A stretch of 63,968 nucleotides of DNA, filler included, from Neolecta irregularis DAH-3 (Eukaryota), in the NCBI GenBank assembly GCA_001929475.1. It is 3 parts of 3 records of this genome, joined end to end, with 100 filler letters (N's around TTAATTAATTAA, not from the genome) between each part and the next. Parts side by side here need not be neighbours in the genome. Positions count along the whole stretch, not along the records: positions 1 to 31,903 come from LXFE01000286.1; positions 32,004 to 60,609 come from LXFE01000287.1; 1 more part is not named here. One strand, 5' to 3'. Shown here in pieces: positions 28,001 through 37,848 of this stretch (position 1 is the stretch's first letter; the number at the start of each line of letters is the position of its first letter). Below the pieces are notes generated by a model that was not told the DNA's origin, searched no databases, and saw nothing but the letters and a program-made list of their open reading frames with translations. The position numbers and the translations under genes were made by a program.

Positions 28001-30317
28001 TGTGTTGGAATTCCAGCATTCTCCACTTGGATTGATTAAAAAATGGAGTGGAGTGGCTGGTCCAGCGCTCTTTGATACGTTGTTCATTTATCAACAAGGA
28101 AATCGCTCGGAAGAGCATCAGCTCTGGAAGGAGATTTCTACCAAAGCAACAACAGAGGTAGCATTCGAGTTTACAGTTTTAGCTGACAAAAGTTTACTGT
28201 GTGCGCGGAACTTGAAATTTACGGAGAAACGTTCCAATGGACAGGAGCGGCTTCAGTATTATCTATGAGCAAAGCCAATCTTGAAAGACTTTTGGTGCAG
28301 CTCGATTACATCCTTCAGAGTATTCTTGAACACTCGGAAAGCCTGGTGTCGTCTTTCTGGGAAAAACAGTCTATTACAACTGCGATCGAATCGTTGGACA
28401 AAGATCACCCGCTCTTTGTCTACATACAAGGCCAGGAATCTGGTGAGCTGCCTCAGAATTGTACAGCCGTCGTTGTAAATGAGCGGTCAGAAATTTTGAA
28501 TTGTGGGGTCGAAGGAAAACTAGCTCTCATCGATCACTGGGTGTGCTCACGCTGATACCTGACTAATCAAAGACATCTGACAATCCGACTATTTTAAAAG
28601 TTTTCCCGCAAACCGTTCGAATGGTCAGTGGTTTTGCAATAGTGCCGGTAGACACACAAACAGATACTTGCGACCTGTCGTCAGATCTGAACCAGGAGTG
28701 GAAGGAAACCGAGTTATTAATACAGGGTGTTATAATGTCAGTTTGTAATATCCCTAACCGCGAAATCGCAAAGGATGTGTCTATATTTAAAATCGGACTA
28801 GATTCAATCACCGCGATTCGAATTTCTGCAAAACTGCGGAAAAAAGGGTATAACCTGAGCGTTGGAAATATGCTGCGTCACCCGTCGATTGAAGAGATGA
28901 GCAAGTTTTGCGGGGTCGTGCAGAAACCTGGGAATTCAGATTACAGACGTCTGGTATCTCCAAGCATGTACTCTGACATCGAAACACGATTTGGAATACG
29001 CAGGGAACTAATTCAAGATGTGTTATTGTGTTTACCTGCGCAGAAATACTTTTTGGCGGGATGGATTAAATCTCATCGAGAGGTGTACATGTCTACGTTT
29101 TATTTCAAATTCTCGGGCGTTGCGGATGAGTCGAAATTTGTGGACGCATGGAATAGAGTGTTGAGCAAGCATTCGATACTTCGGAGTACTTTTATCGCGG
29201 ATAAAGACCAGCAACTACATATGGTGATCGTCAAACCTGGTTCTGGGGATATTGCGTTTTATGATATGTCTGGGGAAAACGAATGGACAAGCGATTTAGG
29301 AGGATACTTTCCCGATTTATATACACCGCCGATTCGAGCACGGGTGTTTAAAGGTTTGGCAGAATCAATTTTTGTTCTAGATATTCATCATGCGCTGTAT
29401 GATGGATGGTCGATGCAAATGCTACTCGACGACCTGGAGAGGTTCTACTGTGAAACAGCGACCGAGTCGGCGTATTCGAGTGATATACAAGGTCTTTCTC
29501 GGTTCTTGGAACAACAGGATATGCATGCAGCAGAGCTCTTTTGGTCTCGATATCTCGAATGTCCGGCCGATATGATACCGGCAGTGACCGGGGATGCCTC
29601 CTGCCCGCGAACCTTTTTCGTCAAAGAGAATGCGTTTGTGAATTTAGCAGAGATTGAAGGAGAATGTCGGAACCGAGGAATCACACTGCAAGCAGTGTTC
29701 CTTGCACTGTGGGCGAAAATCCAGTGCATGTACACTGGTAAGCCGTCTGCTCTCTTTGGAATTTACGTATCCGGGCGCACTCTTCCCATTGATGAAATCG
29801 AGAATCTTATGGTGCCGACAGTGAATATTGTGCCGCTGTATATTTCGCGGACTGGAGGTAATGTATTTGACATCGGCGAGTCTGTGCAGCGGTTGCTTGG
29901 AGAAATTGTAAACTATCAAAGCGTTTCTCTGGATGTGATATCACGATGGGCGGGAAGCAATGGTCCGTTGTTCAACTCGACTGTTAATTTCGTCAATCTT
30001 CCTACGGAAGCAAAGTTTACAGAGTCCATGTTTAGTCCTTTTGCACTATCGGTATATCCTCTCGTTTCCCGACTAATATCAGGTTACCAGAACTAGTGCA
30101 CGCTCGACGAAAGAAACCCCGATTGATCAGAATTCAATGATGCGCTATGTTCAAGTGAGTTTTTCTTGTATTTCATGCTGATAGAGAGGTTGACGTTGAT
30201 GTCGAGTTTGCAGTCAAGAACGGCGCGGTCGTCGTTGGTATCTTTTCGACTTTGAAGGAGAATGCAGAAAATATTGTAAAGGAAATGCAACGGATGATTG
30301 AGACTGGTCTGGACTAG
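13071..30317 (+). CDS. sib1: Ferrichrome-type siderophore nonribosomal peptide synthetase (Sib1/SidC/NPS2 family), A-T-C x4, T-C, degenerate A-T-C, about 17 introns
   Basis: Four A domains with Y/FTSGSTG-PK, YGPT/AE, TGD and Q.K..G.R.E motifs. Six T domains (LGIDS/LGLDS/IGLDS near 15190, 18475, 21730, 25197, 26887, 28795). Six C domains (HHxxxDG-like near 15795, 19108, 22410, 25858, 27490, 29385). Terminal T-C repeats are typical of ferrichrome synthetases. Confidence 0.92.
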
Positions 30318-30439
30318 TTGATATTTTTATTTCTGTTTTAAGAAAAGCGGCTTGATGAGATTGATTAAAAAAGATTGACTGCTACCGACATCGACTGTCA
30401 AATGTCTCTGCGCTATATCCCAACTTTTACTTTTTCGCG

Positions 30440-31799
30440 ATGAGTACTCTGAGTAGATCAGTCTATTCTCCTGTACTACGGGCTTTGGTATTTTCTCGCG
30501 GCTTGTCTTCCCGACCCCGGGCTACCACGCTGGTTTCGCCATTTTTTCAGGGGACAAAACGGCACACATCGGAGACGTGTAGCATTGGACTTTCCAAGTT
30601 GAAGCAGAAAAAGAAAGCTCTGCCACTGCATCATGAGCCTGTTCTCAAGCGGAGTGCCATACCCAACCACAAGAGCAACGATCTATTAGTGCGCTGTGAG
30701 TGTGAAATGTGTAATTTTCTTACAGTCTAGGTACAGAATTCGATTGTCAAGGAAACGTACGCGTTGTTTCTGGAGAGTTTAAAAAATCAGAGCTTTGCAC
30801 ACAGGTTGTTTTACTTTTTGTCGTGTTGATAAATTAGCATGGGCTGTTACCTCGGGATCTGAGAAAACTAGCGCCTGGTATTAATGTATTTTTACCGTCT
30901 ATTCTTGTGCGGAAGAATTCGATATTGATTAATCTGCTTCATATTCGAACGCTAGTCAAGGCGGATCTTGTTTTAGTTTTTGATATCTACGGGAGCATTG
31001 ACTCGCACACGCAGAGTGTGTTTATGTATGATCTTGAGGGAAAGCTGCGGCAGGGAAGCAAAGCGATGGGGGGTCTGCCTTACGAACTCCGGTACCGTGT
31101 GGGTTGGGGTGTAATTAATATGCAGGGCGGTTGAAGCAGTTTTGATCAGCGTTACTACTGCGCTTAATGCGGAGATGAAGATATTGCAGTCGCTTGTGAC
31201 GACTCTGCTGTCTGATCTGGAAGAACATATTGACCGGGATAATTTGAGGAGGCTGCTGGTATACTCGAAGAACCTTTCTGCGTTTGAAAAAAAGGCGACG
31301 CTTGTTCGGGACACGTTGGATGAGATTCTGGAGTCTGGTAATTGTGGGGTGTGTGTAGTATTAATTGTCAGACGAAGATCTTGTGGGGATGTATTTGAGC
31401 GAAAAGCGACGAGGAAAGGAACGGTCGCTGGACCAGCACGATGAGGTGGAACTGCTTCTGGAGGCGTATCTGCAGCAGACGGACGAAATTGTGCAGATTG
31501 TGGACAATCTTGTGTCCAACATCAAGAGCACGGAAGAGATTGTGAATATTATTCTGGATGCGAATCGGAATTCGCTGATGCTGCTGGACCTCAAGGTGTC
31601 TATGGGGACGCTGGGGATTGGGTCTGGAGCGCTTGTTGCTGGATTGTTTGGGATGAATCTACACACGGGGTTGGAAGAGTCGCTGTTTGTATTCCAATAC
31701 GTGTCGGTGTTTGCGTTCATCTTGACTGTTGGGGTGTGTGCGTATGGGCTGCAACGGCTACGCAAGGTTCAGAGGGTCAAGATGTGGAATGAACAGTGA
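30440..31799 (+). CDS. mrs2: Mitochondrial inner-membrane Mg2+ transporter (Mrs2/Lpe10, CorA family), 4 introns
   Basis: Arg/Ser-rich presequence-like N-terminus; HGLLPRDLRKL; LPYELRAVE; EVELLLEAY; LDANRNSLM; GMN signature between two TM helices. Confidence 0.93.
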
Positions 31800-31837
31800 T
31801 TGAGATGATGAGGTGAGATGATTGTACAGTATGGGAT

Positions 31838-31903
31838 TGCAATGGATGCAATGGATGCAATGGATGCAATGGATGCAATGGATGCAATGGATGCAATGGA
31901 TGC
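31838..31903 (+). repeat. 9-bp tandem repeat (TGCAATGGA)n, about 7 copies, running into the gap
   Basis: Perfect tandem copies up to the N run. Confidence 0.9.
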
Positions 31904-32003
31904 NNNNNNNNNNNNNNNNNNNNNNNNNNNNNNNNNNNNNNNNNNNNTTAATTAATTAANNNNNNNNNNNNNNNNNNNNNNNNNNNNNNNNNNNNNNNNN
32001 NNN
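31904..32003. other. Scaffold gap with artificial six-frame-stop linker TTAATTAATTAA
   Basis: 44 N + TTAATTAATTAA + 44 N. Confidence 0.97.
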
Positions 32004-32360
32004 ATCAGCAATTCCTAGCCGCCTGCCACCCGCCCGCCCGCCCGCCCGCCGGAGCCTCTCTGGGGGTCGGGCAGGCGGTTAGTGACATTGCTTCTAGGTG
32101 CCTTGTTATCTATATTTCAATGGGAAATATGAGCGATAACCCATTCCAACCGTTCTAGGATGAATATATTCGACCAAATCATTTGAAGGAGCTGTCTTTG
32201 CAAGAAGTTGATGGTATGAGATAACTTGGCGAATTATGTGGCTTCAGCGCCACGGTCGAGGTCGGCTTCTACAGCACAAACGAAGGCCAAGAAAATCTGA
32301 CGCACCAGAGACCGACGTTTTTCGCCTTAAAGCCCTGAATCTCGAATCATCCCATACTAA

Positions 32361-32966
32361 ATGGCTCGCATAACGTCTTTGAAATCTACCAAAAAAACCT
32401 ACGAAGAAGCTTCTGAATTTAAATCGCGGCCGATAGACAAACCTGAAAAGTCGATACATAGACAGCATCCATACAAGAATAAGAATCCTTGGTCAGAAAC
32501 TCGTAGGTTACATCGAATCTCTGAACGAGCAGCCGCTACGCATTGCTTCGTATGTCGTGCACCGGGCCATCTGGCGTCCGAATGTCCTTTAGCAAGTGAA
32601 GGTCAATCCGGGATATGCTACAAATGCGGTTCAACGCAACATGCTCTTCGCGAATGCAAGAGGAAAGTCAAAAGTTTACCTTATGCTAAATGTTTTTTGT
32701 GCAAAGACTTTGGCCATCTCACATCAAAGTGCCCTCAGAATGATAAGGGAAAATATCCAAATGGAGGTGGTTGTGGAATTTGCGGTGGAATCTCGCATTT
32801 AAAAGACCAGTGTAAGAAACCTGCAGAGGTCAAGTTGGGTACGACAGTTGGAATGGTTGGAAACGGAATGGCTGCAGATGAGGATGACTTTCATGATATT
32901 GTGAGGCTAGATGATGTTAAAAAACCGAATATCCTGGTGAAAAAGAAGAAAGATGTGCGGTTTTGA
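32361..32966 (+). CDS. CCHC zinc-knuckle protein, ZCCHC9-like (4 knuckles), intronless
   Basis: Four CX2CX4HX4C motifs, the YPNGGGC..CG..SH motif and a basic C-terminus (KKKKDVRF). Confidence 0.85.
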   Translation: MARITSLKSTKKTYEEASEFKSRPIDKPEKSIHRQHPYKNKNPWSETRRLHRISERAAATHCFVCRAPGHLASECPLASEGQSGICYKCGSTQHALRECKRKVKSLPYAKCFLCKDFGHLTSKCPQNDKGKYPNGGGCGICGGISHLKDQCKKPAEVKLGTTVGMVGNGMAADEDDFHDIVRLDDVKKPNILVKKKKDVRF

Positions 32967-34021
32967 GAGGTGAAACCTAGACCAGTACTGCTCAACTGGT
33001 GTGCATGAATGATATGGCGTTTTGGGATGTCTCTAATATTTCTTACACCTGTTCTAACGTCGATAGGTTGCGGTAAATTTCCAATTACTTCGCTTGGTTG
33101 TGAGAAAGATGGATAAGAAAAAGGATTTGAAGGCAAGATGTATCTGAGTTGAGGTTATTGGTTAAGGGGGTACTATAAGTAAGAGAGAGAAATATATTTC
33201 AGAAGTATTCGCTGTCGAAAAGAATGACTCCAGGCCCATATTTATGGGAAAGGAAATCTAGCGCCACTTATTGCTTCAGAAAGAGAGCTATTTAGAGAAA
33301 GAGAAATATAAGGAAAATCAATCTAACCAGGAAAACAGGAAAGTGACTTTTGATTATTTGGTCTTATTATGTCTTGAGGATTGTCATGTCTGGGGTTATG
33401 CAATTCCATCATTCAGCAGCTTCCAGAGTCGGCCGTTAGAAAGGAATAACATCAAGATAAGGTTGCTGGGCAAAAGGGATTTGGTGGAGGTGAGAAATAT
33501 GGTCGAGTGAGGTTGGGCTAGTTGTAGCGAGGACGCGAAAAATGGGCCGTCCCCCAGACTTGAACAAGATTAGCCATAATGATTTCGAGAACAGAACGCT
33601 GTGAAGTAGGTGCCTTGTCGGGTGTTGGCTTGGGTTATGGTCTGTTAGAGAACGCTAGAGTAAAGTCGGGGCCCGCCGAATCAACACCACTGTCAAACTG
33701 GCTGAAATATATCACCTCGCGGTATTGTGCGCGTTGTCTTTGTGTTATCAAGGCAGACAACCAGCTCTGCAAGACTTGATTCCTGACCAGCCAGAGGCTG
33801 TCGTGACTGTTGTCATGGCGGTTGGAATATTAACTCCTTGCTATGACGCATGAGGTTCATTTCGAGATACCAATGACGTCGATGGCATTCTTTTCGCCTC
33901 CTGAAGTATTTATAGTTTGTGTCTCCTGCACTAAGCGTCAACATCGACATAGCGTCTCGACACCTTGATCAACCAGGTATCGCTTTCCTTTGGTGCAAGA
34001 AAGAGAAACTGATGCTCAAGT

Positions 34022-35806
34022 ATGAATAGATTTTCTGACATTCCAAGTCGCCCAAAGGCTGCCCTCCTGGATCAATCCACTATGCAGAAATGCTCTACCC
34101 CCACAAAAGATACTACCTCAGCATCACATCACCGCCGTCGCCAACTGTCGCTCGATTCCGCTCCTCATCGGTATACTGATTCCACCGACCGGGCGTACTC
34201 TCTTCACTTGACTTCTCCATTTTTCAGTTATCATTCTCATAAAATGCCGTTTCATGATCCCAAGAGCCATCTCGCACATAAGTACTGCCAAACGGAAAAT
34301 CCCGTCAATTTTTCGAAACCTGTCGGGAAAATCGCATATTCACCGACGATGGTTTCTGCTAAAGATCGTTCGGACTCGGATACTGATTCAACGGTTCGTG
34401 ATAAGGATATTGGTGATCATGGATCGTCGCGTTGTCACGCCAATCGACTCCGTAATTCCACCCGAGGCAATTACGTTATTGCGGACACTGAAACAGGGCA
34501 GGTCGTGCCGCCCACAAGAGCTTCGTCAGTGCCTGATAACTCGAGAACCCAATCTCGTGGCCGATCCTCTGAAAGCAGCGGATACGGTGTCGATCAACAG
34601 AGATCTCCAACATGGCGGGCAAAGCCAGAGCAGCCGCCATATGCTTCCAATGTTCGTGGTTCCAGCGCAGGAACTCGCAAGCTTGCAGAGTCTGGTTTGA
34701 GGTCATCAGGGACTTCTGGTTACCGCACAAATACATCTTCGGGTATTCAACAATGCAACAGTGATCAACAATCATCCTTTCAATTACCTCCATTCTCCAA
34801 AGGAACATGCGATTTTAAACCGCCGTTCGACGATTCTCTCTTGTCAACCGGAAACAGGGAGCCCTCGCGGGCCCGGACATCTAACATTTCGAATAACATC
34901 AATGAGTCGTCGTTTCAATCTAATTATCCCTACTGGCGCGAAATCGTTTACGATACTTCCGATCCCAACAATGTAAATGTTTACAGACGCCACTCGTCTC
35001 TCGCTATGCCTAACAAGCAGAAGGCCAAAGCAAAGCCATCTCGATCTTCGAAAGCTGCCACGATTACTCTTCAGAGTCGCTCTGCGGCACCCAAGCCTGA
35101 CGATATCCTCGTTCTCGAGAAAGGCATATACCCACCAGGAGAGGCACCAAAATACGGAACGGTTATCGGACACACTGGAAAATCAATTCGTCTTCCAATA
35201 GTCGAAGTTACCCCCCTTCCAAGCCCCTTTGCCAATGCATCCAAACAGCTCGGAAAACTTCCCTGGCGAAAGACAGAAGATCTTACACCTGCACTCGGAG
35301 GAACTATTGTTACTGGTGTTAAAACCATTCTTAATGCAAATGGAATTCATATTCTGGGAAACCCATTTTCTAAGTCGCAAATTTCCAAGAGTACTTTAAA
35401 CCACGACTTGAATGAGCCCCGAAAATTCAGGCATCAGCACAAAATGAGTTCATGCCGACACGATTCATCGATAGAGACTGATATTCCGCCAACATCCACA
35501 CAATTGGACACGCCCAAGGTTCACAGACCAAGTGTTATGACTCCCCCACCGAGCGCTTCACGAGATGGTTATGCAGATTTTCGCCTCCCTATGACCAAGG
35601 CCCGACGCTCAGCAATTTCTTCAGGAATGATTACACCGCCTACTAGCCCTATCAATGCCACCTCGAATAAATATGATGTCGACCGAAAGGTATTCTCAGC
35701 ATATAAAACCTCTTCCGGAAGAATTCATTTCGATGATCAAGATGCTGAGAATCGCGCAGGATCTTGGCTGCAAAGACTTGATCATGCTGTTGAAGGAGGA
35801 TTCTAA
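34022..35806 (+). CDS. Hypothetical Ser/Pro/Arg-rich, probably disordered protein (594 aa, intronless)
   Basis: Long uninterrupted ATG-initiated ORF with two TPP(T/S) motifs. No domain recognised. Confidence 0.7.
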   Translation: MNRFSDIPSRPKAALLDQSTMQKCSTPTKDTTSASHHRRRQLSLDSAPHRYTDSTDRAYSLHLTSPFFSYHSHKMPFHDPKSHLAHKYCQTENPVNFSKPVGKIAYSPTMVSAKDRSDSDTDSTVRDKDIGDHGSSRCHANRLRNSTRGNYVIADTETGQVVPPTRASSVPDNSRTQSRGRSSESSGYGVDQQRSPTWRAKPEQPPYASNVRGSSAGTRKLAESGLRSSGTSGYRTNTSSGIQQCNSDQQSSFQLPPFSKGTCDFKPPFDDSLLSTGNREPSRARTSNISNNINESSFQSNYPYWREIVYDTSDPNNVNVYRRHSSLAMPNKQKAKAKPSRSSKAATITLQSRSAAPKPDDILVLEKGIYPPGEAPKYGTVIGHTGKSIRLPIVEVTPLPSPFANASKQLGKLPWRKTEDLTPALGGTIVTGVKTILNANGIHILGNPFSKSQISKSTLNHDLNEPRKFRHQHKMSSCRHDSSIETDIPPTSTQLDTPKVHRPSVMTPPPSASRDGYADFRLPMTKARRSAISSGMITPPTSPINATSNKYDVDRKVFSAYKTSSGRIHFDDQDAENRAGSWLQRLDHAVEGGF

Positions 35807-36381
35807 ATCTTGCGAGATATTGTTTAGTTTTGTTTTTGGCCTTTTCTTTTTGGTTGCCTTGTGAAATATTTCTCTGTTTTGTATTTATCAGCATTTCAAT
35901 GTAAAGCACACCTTTAGAGATTGATTTTGTTCGGTCAATAAGAAACTTTCGCGCTCGATCCAATATTCCTAAATGTTTCAGATAGTGGGTAGCGACTGTG
36001 ATGATTATCAGAGCCGGACGATGTTTCTCATCTCAAAATTAGGCATTTTTGTTAAATCCTCAAATATTGCATAGCACGAGTTCTTGATGCCATAAGGCCC
36101 CATATCTAGAGGTAGGTATTAGTGGGGAAATTTTTGGAAACTGCTTGATCTAGTAAAGTCCTGGAGTTCTATAGTAACAGTATTTAAATAAGCATCATGC
36201 CTAATTCAGAGAGAAGAACCCCCGAGAATAAAGAAAGACACAGTTGCTGAGTCTTATGTATCCGGAAATACTTTAGCTGACATATCGAGAACATATGATT
36301 TCTGACCCTAGAATATACAAGTGCTTTTGATTATCCTTACGAAATCTAAGAAAGAAATATCGGTACGATTTATTTAATATT

Positions 36382-37594
36382 TTAGGAACTGTTAGTCTCC
36401 TGAAGACCTTGACTACAATATAACTTTGTGAGAGAAACAGCACCATGTGTTTCAATTTGCTTGCAATACTGATCTGGCTGAGTTAGAGGGAATACGGTCG
36501 ACCTGAGATGTACCAATCTGGGCAGACAACAAGATGTTCTCAAGTTTAGAGGGTTCGTTGGGTGGCCGGAAAAGAGTTTGCCATTCGTCTTCGGGAAGGG
36601 GTGGTTGTCCTGCAAGTTGACGAGCTACGTTCTCCGATTTCTCAAAGTCAACGACCTATTAGACACTAAGATAGATACCCGCTTAGCTTGCCATTGTTGG
36701 ATTTTGGTTTGTTCTCGGGCTAACTGTCGTTGATACCATTGTTGGTTCCCTTGGTCATAATTGTAATCATCAATCGTATCATTAAGTATCTCGATGTTCT
36801 TTTCGAGGTATGGATCGATATTGATATCTAAGGCATCGAAATTGGGAGTGAAGGGATCAGGCGGACTGAGAGAAAGGAGTAAGGTTTTCACGAGTTGAGA
36901 GTTGTGTATCTCGACAGGAAGTTCCTGCAGAATATCGTGATATGTAAGATTGTGATTTCGTAGACTGAGGGATTAGAGGGATTATCTTGATAAAAGTACC
37001 TTTCAGAGGTAAATTTTCCCTCTTTCTGAGCTGCCAGAAAATTTTGACTTAATCGAAATGCTTTGAGAGCCAGCGCTCCTTGGGCGGATTTCGATACATC
37101 TAACCACCTATCAAGATTGTGCCCTGATATAAACGAATACCGTAAACCAGAACAACTGTGCGATCACTTACTTTTTGTTGATATTGAAACTGAGTCTCGA
37201 CCAGCCCGGTGTTCAAATAACTTCCGAGATAAGCACTTTGATACCATCCAACAATATTGTTATCGATATTAACTTCTTCGAGGCATTTCATCATATCTTC
37301 CGATAATTTTGAAGAAACTGACGGATCTTCGGCGACATGGGGAAAACTATAGGTAACTTGCAATATTCCATCACTATCTAATCCAAGGAGTTGACCAGTT
37401 GCGATCGCAGGAAATGTATGACTGCCATGTTGAATAATTTTCATAACAACCTTCCGGTCATCAAAATTCTTTCGACTTGTTCAAAAGACATACCAATGCA
37501 TCGACTTGGACAGAGCGGAACGGACCTGACCCCTCTACATCCAAGCTACAAGATCAACCACCATTATTTAATCATCCCCATACGCGGCGGTCAT
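36382..37594 (-). CDS. eif3h: Translation initiation factor eIF3 subunit H (MPN domain), 6 introns
   Basis: [63 protein letters not shown]. Confidence 0.92.
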
Positions 37595-37848
37595 CTTGAT
37601 TGGAGCCGGTAAGGCCAGATTATTCGGCGTCATTGGTAATCAGATGTTTCCTCTGGCGCTTAAGAAATGATGAGATTTCTTGGGTCAGGTTCCACTGACA
37701 CCTAATTTGTTCAAAGACCACTAATTAGCATATCAATAACCTCATTCAAAGGAATTACAATCTATAAACTATAGTGACGAAGGAACTTAGAACACTGCAC
37801 TGTCAGTATATTTTTCGACTTGGGGCTCATATAGGTGGGTATATAAGA

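Noticed and set aside
13071-30317. NRPS as several genes or a pseudogene
   Set aside because: Every ORF break is explained by a short intron that restores the frame and conserved motifs.
31948-31959. TTAATTAATTAA palindrome inside N runs (also 60654-60665)
   Set aside because: Identical 44N-12-44N layout at both gaps. It is an artificial scaffold spacer with stops in all six frames.
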